In this document: positions 50,586 to 59,697 of the stretch, piece after piece
Position numbering within the stretch: the stretch's first letter is position 1
Layout of the letters: each line of letters opens with the position of its first letter
Assembly: GCA_045633705.1 (NCBI GenBank)
Contig: JAZQYV010000019.1
Span: forward strand, 57,633 to 121,632
Source: Candidatus Onthoplasma sp.
GTDB taxonomy: Bacteria > Bacillota > Clostridia > Christensenellales > UBA1242
DNA length: 64,000 nucleotides
Direction: 5' to 3'
Notes under the pieces: model-generated
Seen by the model: only the letters and a program-made list of their open reading frames with translations
What the model was told of the DNA's origin: nothing
Databases searched by the model: none
Translations under genes and position numbers: made by a program

Positions 50586-53579
50586 ATGAAGATATTTGAC
50601 AAGATACAAAACTTTTTTGAATCGATTGGCTCCTATCTTAAAAACCAATCAAATCTTTTTTGGTTGTTTATAGGCGCATTCTTGCTTGTGTCGGTGGTGG
50701 TTATATTCATCACTTCTTTTGCGTATGAATGTATGCTTACAAAAACCGTGGATAAGATTAATAAATTCTTAGAACGCAATCCAAGAATTAATGATGACAA
50801 CCTTGTTGCATTTAATAATATGATGAAAGCTGGAAGCGTCCCTAAAACACTTCGTAGACAATGGCAACAATTTATGTTATATCGTGAACATCCAGCAAGT
50901 TATTATATGTCATTTAAACATTGTGTTGAAAATCCTTTGCGTAACAGTTCGTACCGACAGCAAATGACAGTATATAAAATTATTTCGTATGTGCTGATAA
51001 TTTTAAGCTTTATTGTTAGTGTGTTTATGACGTTACCAACAACAAACATTAAAGTTGTTATTCAAGATGTGATAGTAATACCTTTAATTATACTGGTGGC
51101 CTATTGGTTGATAAGCATGGTGTTGGATTTAATTCATAGCGCAATTAGTGCTGATTTGTTTCAAAATTATCAATATTTTGAAATAAATATGGATAAAGCA
51201 ATGCTTACATTGCCTGAATTTGTGGATTATGAAGTATTATTCTCCCAAGATGAAATCAGACATGGTATCCCTGTGTTATTTGCATATTTGCAAAAACGTG
51301 CTATACAAGAACAACAAGAATTGGAAAGGGCACGACTTAAGAGTGTCGACCACGAGAAGTTTGACTTTGATGAGGCCGGTCTTGATGGTTCATTAGTTTT
51401 GGATCGTGCAATGCGTGAAACCGAAAACTATACATCTCAACGTAAAAAATACATGCAAGAAATCGAGCGTGTAAACAACGAAATTGCGGTTTTGGAAAAC
51501 AACCAAAGAGAACGTGTTAAGGATTTCCAACGTCAAGTTCAAACCAGTAAAGAAACAATTGATAACCTAAAAGAACAACTTGAACAAGCATCTTCTACAA
51601 TTGAAATTAACTACATCAAGAAGCAGATGCGTGACGAACTTAATCGTCAACAACTTGCTGAAAAAGATTTTGATATTATAGCTGATAAGCACAATCAAGA
51701 AGTTAAGTCTTTAAATCAAGAGATTAAGCATTATGAAGAAGAGATTAAAGAGGCTAAAGATGCATTGGAATCTGCAATGCTTAGTGAATTTAGTAGCTAT
51801 TCAGTAAAGGTTTATAACAACCTTGAAAAGATTGTTGACGACAAGATGCAAGACAGGGTTGATGACTATAAAGACCAAATTAAGGGTCTTGAAGGTCAAT
51901 TGGAAGAAAAGAACGAAGAACTTGAAAATGTGTATACAAGATATCAGGAAGTTTTATCTCAAGTTCCGGCAGAACCAGAGCCTATACAAGAAGAGGTTTA
52001 TACAGAATTGCCAACCAAGAAAGGCAAGAAGAAGAAAAAGTCTGGGAAAGAAGATGTGGCTGAAGATTTTGATATGGCGCAACCTCAGCAATTTGACCAG
52101 ACAACTTACTCTGAATATCAACAAGCTGAACAAGGTTTTGATGACCAAGCTTATGATTATCAAAGCTATGACCAAAACTATGATAATGCAAATGAAGATG
52201 GTCAATATTCACAAGACAACAATCAATATGGCGTAGACAATGCAGAATATGTTGATAACAGCCAAGAATATATGGATAATGCTCAAGAATACAATGCTGA
52301 ATATGATGATTATGCTCAATATGATGATGCCGTTGGTGGTGTGCAAAATGTAGAAGAATATCAAAATTATGATGAACAGTATGTTCCTATGGATAATTAT
52401 GATAATCAAGAAAACTTTGAATATTCTAATGACGCCGATTACGTGCCATTAAATGATGAATATAATACCGACCAATATCAATACGCAACCGAAGATTATA
52501 CCAATACAACAGATGAGCAATATGTTCCTGTTGATGGATATGAACAATCTCAAAATCAATACATGTCAGGCCAAGAGTATAATGATGAATATCAATATGT
52601 TCCATTGGCTGATGAAAACAATCAATATATGCCAGGTGAAGAATATGTTCCTTTATATGCTGAAAATGCACAGCAAGAAGATATATATTCACCAACAACT
52701 GAACAGGTTGACCAAGAATTTGGGTTTGAGCCAGTTCAGCAAGAAAATCAACCTCAAGACACCGATTTTGATGATAGTGATTTTAATATCGACTTTGCGC
52801 CAGGTGATGGCGAAGATGATGATTTGGCTGATTTTGATTCGATATTTGCACAAGATAAAACTGCTGTTCCAGCTGAAGAAGTTAAACAGGAAGTTGAACC
52901 TGAAGAAAAGATTGAATTAAGTCCAGTTGATGATGATTTTGATATTAATAAAGTGTTGGGATTGTATGATGATGTTGATGAACAACCTAAAGAAGAGGTA
53001 AAATCACAATCTGCTGCGGAAGTTGTTAAGGAAGATATTGCTGAACAGACCGAAATTGCCGAACATAAGCAAGATGAAGAGGAAGACTTGCCAGCTCCAA
53101 CAGAAAAACGTAAAGCGGGCCGTCCAAGAAAAATTGTAGACGAGGAAGATGTTAAACCAAAGCGCAAGCCTGGGCGTCCTAAAAAGGTAAAAACCGAAGT
53201 AGAAGAGGAATTGCCAAAGCGTAAGCCTGGTCGTCCAAGAAAGGAAAAGCAAGAAGCGGCTGACGAACAACCAAAACGTAAGGCTGGTCGTCCAAGAAAA
53301 ACTCAAACCGAGGACAAGCCTATTGTGAAGCGTAAGGCTGGTCGTCCAAGAAAACAAGACAAAACTGAGTCGGTAGAACAGTCAAAACGTAAAGCCGGAC
53401 GTCCTAGAAAGCAAGACAAAGAGTTGGGTGCTCCAAAGCGTAAGGTTGGTCGCCCTAAAAAGTCTGCTAGGGGTAAGCAAGCGATTGCCCAAAAACGAAG
53501 CGTTGGTCGTCCTAAAAAGGGAAGTGCAACCACATTAGACAAACCAAAAGGAAAGCGTGGTCGCCCGAGAAAAAACTAA
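50586..53579 (+). CDS. membrane-anchored coiled-coil protein with an acidic low-complexity region and a C-terminal array of AT-hook motifs
   Basis: 997 aa, AGGGG SD. Three hydrophobic segments lie in the first ~185 aa. About 230 aa is E/K/Q-rich and heptad-like, and about 330 aa is D/E/Q/N/Y-rich with five (D/E)xYVP(L/M/V) motifs. The protein ends with nine K-R-K-x-G-R-P-(R/K)-K motifs. Confidence 0.8.
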   Translation: MKIFDKIQNFFESIGSYLKNQSNLFWLFIGAFLLVSVVVIFITSFAYECMLTKTVDKINKFLERNPRINDDNLVAFNNMMKAGSVPKTLRRQWQQFMLYREHPASYYMSFKHCVENPLRNSSYRQQMTVYKIISYVLIILSFIVSVFMTLPTTNIKVVIQDVIVIPLIILVAYWLISMVLDLIHSAISADLFQNYQYFEINMDKAMLTLPEFVDYEVLFSQDEIRHGIPVLFAYLQKRAIQEQQELERARLKSVDHEKFDFDEAGLDGSLVLDRAMRETENYTSQRKKYMQEIERVNNEIAVLENNQRERVKDFQRQVQTSKETIDNLKEQLEQASSTIEINYIKKQMRDELNRQQLAEKDFDIIADKHNQEVKSLNQEIKHYEEEIKEAKDALESAMLSEFSSYSVKVYNNLEKIVDDKMQDRVDDYKDQIKGLEGQLEEKNEELENVYTRYQEVLSQVPAEPEPIQEEVYTELPTKKGKKKKKSGKEDVAEDFDMAQPQQFDQTTYSEYQQAEQGFDDQAYDYQSYDQNYDNANEDGQYSQDNNQYGVDNAEYVDNSQEYMDNAQEYNAEYDDYAQYDDAVGGVQNVEEYQNYDEQYVPMDNYDNQENFEYSNDADYVPLNDEYNTDQYQYATEDYTNTTDEQYVPVDGYEQSQNQYMSGQEYNDEYQYVPLADENNQYMPGEEYVPLYAENAQQEDIYSPTTEQVDQEFGFEPVQQENQPQDTDFDDSDFNIDFAPGDGEDDDLADFDSIFAQDKTAVPAEEVKQEVEPEEKIELSPVDDDFDINKVLGLYDDVDEQPKEEVKSQSAAEVVKEDIAEQTEIAEHKQDEEEDLPAPTEKRKAGRPRKIVDEEDVKPKRKPGRPKKVKTEVEEELPKRKPGRPRKEKQEAADEQPKRKAGRPRKTQTEDKPIVKRKAGRPRKQDKTESVEQSKRKAGRPRKQDKELGAPKRKVGRPKKSARGKQAIAQKRSVGRPKKGSATTLDKPKGKRGRPRKN
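53106..53576 (+). repeat. nine in-frame AT-hook-encoding repeats (period about 50-60 nt)
   Basis: KRKAGRPRK, KRKPGRPKK, KRKPGRPRK, KRKAGRPRK (x3), KRKVGRPKK, KRSVGRPKK, GKRGRPRK. The DNA core AAGCGTAAGGCTGGTCGTCCAAGAAA recurs. Confidence 0.9.
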
Positions 53580-53646
53580 ACTAACATGTCTTAACGATAC
53601 TTTATAAGAATTTTATTAAATTTTAAATAACAAAGGAGACTTTGCT

Positions 53647-53790
53647 ATGGAAACAATTAACATGATTGATGCTAAACTTAACGAGATTGCGGGGAAAATT
53701 AAGCGTGAAAATAAAAATATTAAGTTGACGCGCAAACAGTGTGAGCAAATGTCCAAAACTCTTATAAAGTGTCAAAAACATAAAAAGTAA
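53647..53790 (+). CDS. small basic hypothetical protein (47 aa)
   Basis: My translation is METINMIDAKLNEIAGKIKRENKNIKLTRKQCEQMSKTLIKCQKHKK. An AAAGGAGA SD lies 7 nt upstream and a terminator follows directly. It is below the size cut-off of the ORF track. Confidence 0.5.
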   Translation: METINMIDAKLNEIAGKIKRENKNIKLTRKQCEQMSKTLIKCQKHKK

Positions 53791-53796
53791 TTAAAA

Positions 53797-53826
53797 AAAA
53801 TTGCAAGTATACTTGCAATTTTTTTG
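53797..53826. terminator. bidirectional terminator
   Basis: AATTGCAAGT (53799-53808) / ACTTGCAATT (53811-53820) flanked by A8 and T7. Confidence 0.75.
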
Positions 53827-53873
53827 TATTCAAATTTAATTTGTTTAATGCTCAATACATGCTGCATCAATAA

Positions 53874-54056
53874 TTATTTGTTTAATGCAGATAAAACTGC
53901 ATCAACATCTAAGTCATGTACTTGGCAAGCTTCTTCCAAGGTTTCAGCTTGCGCGCATGGACAGTATAAGCAGTGCATGCCAAAGCTCAACAAAACATCT
54001 TCGGCGTTAGCGTTTTTATCTAAAATATCTTTTAAAATATCAGTTTTCTTAATCAT
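53874..54056 (-). CDS. DUF1858 / hybrid-cluster-protein-associated redox disulfide domain protein
   Basis: 60 aa. ILKDILDKNANAEDVLLSFGMHCLYCPCAQAETLEEACQVHDLDVDAVLSALN matches the GMHCxxCP family pattern. GGAGA SD. Confidence 0.8.
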   Translation of the reverse strand: MIKKTDILKDILDKNANAEDVLLSFGMHCLYCPCAQAETLEEACQVHDLDVDAVLSALNK

Positions 54057-54143
54057 AAAATTCTCCTTTTGTACAAATTATTATACCCTAATTTGCTGTT
54101 TTTGTCAAGGATATGTACAAATTTGGATTTTGCTATCATTTTA

Positions 54144-54929
54144 TTAATTTTGTAATGTTGAACCGCATTTTATACAATAGCTGGTTTTAAATTTGGTGGA
54201 TTGGCCGCAATGGGGACAGGTGTATTGTTTTAAAGCACTTTTGTGAGTGCTATAGCTGCTTTCTGCCTTTGCTGCAGATGGTGTGTCATTTGGTTCGTTG
54301 ATATGATAATTATCGGTGGTTTGATTGGTAATATTTGAAGTTTTGGGTTCTGGTGCGGCAAGTGGCTTACTTTCAAATTCTTTTGAAGTAAATATAGAAT
54401 TTTTAGTGCCCATAGGGTTAAATGAATTTATACATATGCCGTGGCTATCAAGGGCAGAGGATTGTATAGCTTTATGGGCAAATTTGTTGTATGTTAACAG
54501 CTCTACAAATATTTCACCAAGATAATTAATTGCGTATAAGTCGTTTATTTTGTAAGTAAAAGTTAAAAGCAAATCTAAAAATTTTAATTTGTCTTTTATG
54601 CAAAAGCTTACTTCATATTTTTGTTTTTTAGCTTTAATTTGTACTTGATGATTGCTATTTGACACGAAGTGGGCAATCAATTTAACCTTTTTAATTTTTT
54701 TTGATTGCTTTTGCTGTCTTTTTACTAATTGGGGCAACAAATCCTTATCAATGATATACTTCCCTTCGCTTAATGTGGTATAAAACTTTCCTTTGCTAAA
54801 AATAAGGCATTCAAAGTTGCTTGGAACACTAATTTGGCTTCCTAGCTTTATACCATGTTTATAATCAATGCTATTAATTAACACATTACTGCTTTTTAAT
54901 GCAACTTTCTTTTTAAATAAATTAAACAT
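54144..54929 (-). CDS. hypothetical protein with a C-terminal zinc ribbon, possibly an SPFH/YdjI-like N-terminus
   Basis: 261 aa. The C-terminus is CPHCGQSTKFKTSYCIKCGS. The N-terminal MFNLFKKK...GSQISVPSNFECLIFSKGKFYTTLSEGKYIID loosely resembles the COG4260 (YdjI) family. Confidence 0.4.
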   Translation of the reverse strand: MFNLFKKKVALKSSNVLINSIDYKHGIKLGSQISVPSNFECLIFSKGKFYTTLSEGKYIIDKDLLPQLVKRQQKQSKKIKKVKLIAHFVSNSNHQVQIKAKKQKYEVSFCIKDKLKFLDLLLTFTYKINDLYAINYLGEIFVELLTYNKFAHKAIQSSALDSHGICINSFNPMGTKNSIFTSKEFESKPLAAPEPKTSNITNQTTDNYHINEPNDTPSAAKAESSYSTHKSALKQYTCPHCGQSTKFKTSYCIKCGSTLQN

Positions 54930-54935
54930 ATAACC

Positions 54936-54964
54936 ATTTTATCAAATATATATAAATTATTCAA
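54936..54964 (-). promoter_or_regulatory. sigma-A promoter abutting the start codon at 54929
   Basis: The minus strand reads TTGAAT (54964-54959), 17-nt spacer, TGaTAAAAT (-10 at 54941-54936), then 6 nt and the ATG. No SD. Confidence 0.55.
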
Positions 54965-55042
54965 TTATTATTGCCATAAATATTGACAAAATTTAAAAAC
55001 TGGTTATAATATATATGAAATTTTTTATTTTAAGGTGTACAA

Positions 55043-57139
55043 ATGTTAAGAGGTTTATATCATAAGATGGGTTTTTTAACCTATTATATCTTCGTGGCTA
55101 TTGCATTGGAAATAGCTATGTTTGTTCGCCTTGATATTGGGATTTTACCTAAATACTGGCTATATGATTTATCGATAATTCTTATGATTGCAGGCGTTAT
55201 ATTTATAATTCCAAACCATATAATTCAGGCTATTGTTACGGCCATAATGCTGGGTGCGCAGGCGGTTATATTTTATGTAAATTATAGTTTGTATTCGCTT
55301 TATGGAGATGTGTTCTCATTTGATATGATAAATCTATTTAAAGAAACTGTAAAGGCGATGACCAAAGATTTTAGCTTTATATGGTTTATGATAGCCCTGA
55401 TTATAGCATATATTGTTATTGTTATTGGCATTGTTTTAATAGCAATAAAGAGGCATAGGTATCCCGTATCATTTAGAAAAAACTTTTCACTTGTGATTGT
55501 TATGATGCTATTGATTATTCAAGGTTTAAGTGTTTCAACTATTGTTGCTCAAAGAAATACAGTGCATGCGACTGGTAGCATTGTTCAGGCGGATAGGGTT
55601 AGTGATAGCTTTTTGATGGATACATCAATGCTTAAGATTGCCAGTATGAAAACATTTGGATTTTTTGGATATTACACCAATAATTTGCTTAATACGCTGT
55701 CCGCAACGGGTGGATCAAACAATCAAATGTTAGAATCGGCGATAATTTATTTTAATAATGGCGAAATTCATGACCAAGATAATAGTGATATGTTTGGTGT
55801 TGATGAGGGCAATAATGTAATAATGATAATGATGGAGTCACTTGAATGGTATGCATTTTCTGATGGTTCATATAATTCTAAAAATTTAAGCCCAGAACTT
55901 ACTCCAAACGTGTATGCATTGGCTAATGAGGGGATTGTGGCAACAGAGTTCTTTGCAAAAAGTAAAACAAACTTTTCTGAGGGAATTGGGTTTATTGGCA
56001 GTTATCCAATAGGTAAGTATATGGAGCAAGTTACTCGCAATAGCGGCGACGAACAGTATGATTTTACTTTGCCACATGTTTTAAAAGATAATGGATATAC
56101 TACCGGGTATTTCCATACCAATGAAAGCGATTATTATGATAGAGACAAAACTCACCCAAAGTTGGGTTTTGACGGTGTGTATTGCTGGGATTATGAAGAG
56201 TTTGGATATGATGGAGGATATGATTGGGGCGAATGGATTAAGGAAGAAGATTTTGTATATTCTGCCCTTGATTATATGATTCCTGAAAAATCAAACAAAA
56301 ATATATATGGCGAAGATGCTCAGAAGTTCTTTACATTTTACACAACTGTAGGAACTCATGGCCCATACGACAACAATTCCAAGTGTGGGGACCAAGTGGA
56401 ATATAGGGAGTTTGTAAAATATGGAAATACAGCCAATTTGCCAGAAGACCAACGAGAATATACCGAATGGTATAAGAATGTGTTAAGAGATTATTCTGAC
56501 AAAGGAAGTTTATTTATTAAGCGTCTTGTAAATTACGAGGCAACAGTTGTTGGTTTTGATAGGGCACTCGGTGTGTTGATTAATCAATTAAAAGAATACG
56601 GCATTTATGATGATACAACAATAGTTTTATATTCTGACCATAACGCATACTATCATACTCTATCAAATGATCTAAAGGGATTGCCTGGAACAGAATATAT
56701 GGATATGGATTTAAATACAATTCCATTAATCATTAAAAGTGCTGGGGTTGCATCAAAAACAAGAGATGGTGCTAGGTTGACCCAGATTGACAGGTTTTGT
56801 TCGGCATACGATTTGTTGCCAACTGTTTTAGATTTGCTGGGTATTAAATTTAATAAAAGGCTTTATATTGGTAATTCGATTTTTGGACGCATTGACAATG
56901 TTTACGTAAATGAACGTGGCGAAGAGGAAGAAATAATTGTGTACTATTCTTTAACTGGTGGTTTGATTGGCGAGAAGATGTACACCTTTAATATGACAGA
57001 TTTTTATTACGATGAGTTTGCTACAATTGGTTATTACAATGAATTTAAAGTAGTTGCTAGCGAAACTTTACGAAAGTTAAATTATATTTATACACTATAT
57101 GTTTATAATGCGTACCAATATATAATTCCGGTTGAATAA
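55043..57139 (+). CDS. LTA synthase family protein (membrane-anchored sulfatase-fold phosphoglycerol transferase)
   Basis: 698 aa. Five N-terminal TM segments are followed by an extracellular sulfatase-like domain (VIMIMMESLEWYAF, TVGTHGPY, LYSDHN). AAGGTG SD. Confidence 0.75.
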   Translation: MLRGLYHKMGFLTYYIFVAIALEIAMFVRLDIGILPKYWLYDLSIILMIAGVIFIIPNHIIQAIVTAIMLGAQAVIFYVNYSLYSLYGDVFSFDMINLFKETVKAMTKDFSFIWFMIALIIAYIVIVIGIVLIAIKRHRYPVSFRKNFSLVIVMMLLIIQGLSVSTIVAQRNTVHATGSIVQADRVSDSFLMDTSMLKIASMKTFGFFGYYTNNLLNTLSATGGSNNQMLESAIIYFNNGEIHDQDNSDMFGVDEGNNVIMIMMESLEWYAFSDGSYNSKNLSPELTPNVYALANEGIVATEFFAKSKTNFSEGIGFIGSYPIGKYMEQVTRNSGDEQYDFTLPHVLKDNGYTTGYFHTNESDYYDRDKTHPKLGFDGVYCWDYEEFGYDGGYDWGEWIKEEDFVYSALDYMIPEKSNKNIYGEDAQKFFTFYTTVGTHGPYDNNSKCGDQVEYREFVKYGNTANLPEDQREYTEWYKNVLRDYSDKGSLFIKRLVNYEATVVGFDRALGVLINQLKEYGIYDDTTIVLYSDHNAYYHTLSNDLKGLPGTEYMDMDLNTIPLIIKSAGVASKTRDGARLTQIDRFCSAYDLLPTVLDLLGIKFNKRLYIGNSIFGRIDNVYVNERGEEEEIIVYYSLTGGLIGEKMYTFNMTDFYYDEFATIGYYNEFKVVASETLRKLNYIYTLYVYNAYQYIIPVE

Positions 57140-57142
57140 ATT

Positions 57143-57176
57143 AAAAAAAATACATTAAAATTAATGTATTTTTTTG
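57143..57176 (+). terminator. rho-independent terminator after the LtaS-like gene
   Basis: TACATTA / TAATGTA hairpin flanked by A8 and T7. Confidence 0.6.
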
Positions 57177-57363
57177 TTTTATTGTAAAAAAATATTTAAA
57201 TTTGCAAAACTCCGCTGTGTCATAAGAGTTTATATGTGTATTTTTAACCGCTTTAATAATTATTTTTTAATTCAAATTATTTATTTTTAAACAATTTATT
57301 TTATTTTTTCATTTATTAATTTATTTAATTAATGCTTATATTTGTTTTTAAATATTTTAACAT

Positions 57364-57392
57364 TTGTCAAAATTTATTATTTGTGTTATAAT
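57364..57392 (+). promoter_or_regulatory. sigma-A promoter for the GT4-EpsG pair
   Basis: TTGTCA (57364-57369), 17-nt spacer, TGtTATAAT (-10 at 57387-57392). Confidence 0.65.
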
Positions 57393-57422
57393 GAACTTGA
57401 TAAATATATTGGAGAGAATTAT

Positions 57423-58538
57423 ATGATAACAAATAAAAAAATAATGATGATTACAACAACTGACAACATGATTTGGCAATTTATGATTCCGCACATCAAA
57501 CACTTGCAAAGTTTGGGGAATGAGGTTGAGTGCGTGTGCAGTAAAACTGGATTTTGGTTTGACGAGCTTAAGGAAAAGTTTGGATTTAAAATGCATGAGA
57601 TTGATTTTGAGCGCAGCCCATTTAAATTTAAAAATATTGGAGCATATAAGAAGCTTGTAAAACTTCAAGAAGAGTGTAAGTTTGATTTAGTGTATTGTCA
57701 ACAGCCTGTCGGTGGATTAATGGGGAGATTGATTGCTAAAAAATTTAATATACCAGTTATTTACACTGCTCATGGTTTCCACTTTTTAAAGGGGAATAAC
57801 CCAATTAAAAACTTTTTGTTTAAGTTTGTTGAAAAAAGATTAGCAAAACACACAGATATATTAATAACAATCAATGAAGATGATTTTAATGCTTGCCAAA
57901 ACTGGAAGGGCAAGCATAAGTTTAAAATTGCGGGTATTGGCTTTGATATAAACAAGTATAATAATCAAGAGTTTGACAAGAATGCGTTTAAAGAAAGTTT
58001 AGGGATTAAAGATGAGTTTGTAATTTTGACAGTTGCTGAATTTATTAAGCGTAAAAACTATAATACATCACTTAAAACCATTGCCGAATTAAAAAATGAA
58101 AATGTTAAATATTTGATATGCGGTAGGGGAAAATGTGAAGAAGAAATTAGGCAACAAATAAAAGATTTGGCGATTGAGGACAGGGTTGTATTACTGGGAT
58201 ATCGTAAGGATATTAATCAAATAATGCAAATTTCAGACATTTTCTTTCTTCCATCAAATCAGGAAGGCCTTTGCTTGTCAATAATTGAAGCCCTAAATTT
58301 TGCTTTGCCAATTGTGACCAGCGATGTTCGAGGGTGCAAAGATTTGGTTGAAGAGGGTAAAAATGGCTTTACTGCAGACAAAAATGATTACATTAAGTAT
58401 GCTGAAATAATTAGAAAAATTATAAAAGATAAACAATTGCAAGATAAATTAAGTCAAGAAAGCAAACAAATGGCTCCAATCTATGATATTGAAAATGTAA
58501 AAAAACAACTTGAAGAAATTTATAAGGTGATTGACTAG
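57423..58538 (+). CDS. glycosyltransferase family 4 (GT-B, group 1)
   Basis: 371 aa from the ATG at 57423 (GGAGAG SD). The C-terminal EGLCLSIIEALNFALPIVTSDVRGCKDLVEEGKNGF is typical of the Glycos_transf_1 E-x7-E region. Confidence 0.8.
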   Translation: MITNKKIMMITTTDNMIWQFMIPHIKHLQSLGNEVECVCSKTGFWFDELKEKFGFKMHEIDFERSPFKFKNIGAYKKLVKLQEECKFDLVYCQQPVGGLMGRLIAKKFNIPVIYTAHGFHFLKGNNPIKNFLFKFVEKRLAKHTDILITINEDDFNACQNWKGKHKFKIAGIGFDINKYNNQEFDKNAFKESLGIKDEFVILTVAEFIKRKNYNTSLKTIAELKNENVKYLICGRGKCEEEIRQQIKDLAIEDRVVLLGYRKDINQIMQISDIFFLPSNQEGLCLSIIEALNFALPIVTSDVRGCKDLVEEGKNGFTADKNDYIKYAEIIRKIIKDKQLQDKLSQESKQMAPIYDIENVKKQLEEIYKVID

Positions 58539-58539
58539 T

Positions 58540-59697
58540 ATGTGGATATATTATTGTATTATCGGACTTATTTGTATAGATTTTTTGCTTGAGTATTGGC
58601 TACGTAAAAAGAATGTTTTAACAGATGAAAAAAATGTTTCAAAAGTTAAAAAATTTTTAAATTTTATATTTAAATATCGAGTAATAACAATATTGTCTTT
58701 GGTATTGGTGTCGACGTTAAAGGCTTATACCGTTGGAGCTGATACAAAAATATATGAAAGATATTGGAATGCCCTTAAAAATAATGAAGAAAAATTATTT
58801 ATAGCGGGGATAAATGTGCAAATTGAATTTTTGTACACAATATTTAACTCTTTGCTAATTGTTTTAGGCTTATCATTTAGGTTTTCAATATTTATAATTT
58901 CCCTTTTTGTATCGATAAGTATAGTTGTGTTTGTTAATAAAGTGTCAACAAATAAATTTATGTCGCTAATATTATATGTTGCTCTTGGAATTTTTGCCCA
59001 ATCACTTAATTTATATAGACAGATAATTGCGATGGTGTTTGTGTTGTTTGCAATCATGTGTTTAATTGATAAAAAATGGATTAAGGCTACTATGTTGATA
59101 TTGGTTGGAACTTTCTTCCACATGAGCTGTTTGATGTGCTTGTTGTTTGTGATTTTTAGATTTATTAAACCAAAGTGGTGGATAATTGTTGGAGCTTTTA
59201 CATTAGCGACGGTTGGGGCATTTGCGTTACCGCAAGTTTTAAAGGTGTTGGAAAATTTATTTGGAATAAATTATTATACAAAATATTTTGTGGAAATTAC
59301 CGAATATAGAAATCCTTCAAATTTAATAAATACATTGTATTCGATAGGAATTATTTGTGTGTTTGCTGTTATGTATGTTGCAAGGTTCAAAGTGCTAAAG
59401 TTAGACCAGAAGGACAAGCAGATATACGACTTCTTTTTATTGATATTTATGATTGTTCCATTGGTAAGGATTGTTGGGTATATAATGGAGATGCCTGAAC
59501 TACTTAATAGATTATCGATGTATCCATTCATGATTTTGTTGGTGCTAATTCCGTTATTTGTCAAAGGGTTAAAACATAACACTAAACTATACGCGTTTGC
59601 TAACGTTGGCGTGTATTTAATTTCGGCAGTTTATATGTATTACTTATATGCAGTGGAATTATCGTGTAAAGTTGTTCCGTATGCATTTTGCTTTTAA
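58540..59697 (+). CDS. EpsG family polysaccharide polymerase-like membrane protein
   Basis: 385 aa from the ATG at 58540 (AAGGTGA SD); the TTG at 58531 in the track is rejected. The protein is polytopic and has the VGADTKIYERYW motif typical of EpsG. Confidence 0.7.
   Translation: MWIYYCIIGLICIDFLLEYWLRKKNVLTDEKNVSKVKKFLNFIFKYRVITILSLVLVSTLKAYTVGADTKIYERYWNALKNNEEKLFIAGINVQIEFLYTIFNSLLIVLGLSFRFSIFIISLFVSISIVVFVNKVSTNKFMSLILYVALGIFAQSLNLYRQIIAMVFVLFAIMCLIDKKWIKATMLILVGTFFHMSCLMCLLFVIFRFIKPKWWIIVGAFTLATVGAFALPQVLKVLENLFGINYYTKYFVEITEYRNPSNLINTLYSIGIICVFAVMYVARFKVLKLDQKDKQIYDFFLLIFMIVPLVRIVGYIMEMPELLNRLSMYPFMILLVLIPLFVKGLKHNTKLYAFANVGVYLISAVYMYYLYAVELSCKVVPYAFCF

Noticed and set aside
51823-53542. 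Five overlapping ORFs of 76-155 aa on both strands (51823-52236, 51954-52212, 52453-52920, 52754-53167, 53004-53542)
   Set aside because: All lie inside the low-complexity and repetitive part of the 997-aa gene. Biased repetitive sequence keeps alternative frames open, and none has translation signals.
53106-53576. Periodic ~50-60-nt DNA repeats, considered as a possible CRISPR array or non-coding tandem repeat
   Set aside because: The repeats are in frame within a long ORF and encode the KRKxGRPRK motif. The spacing is irregular, the segments between repeats are also coding, and no cas genes or leader are present.
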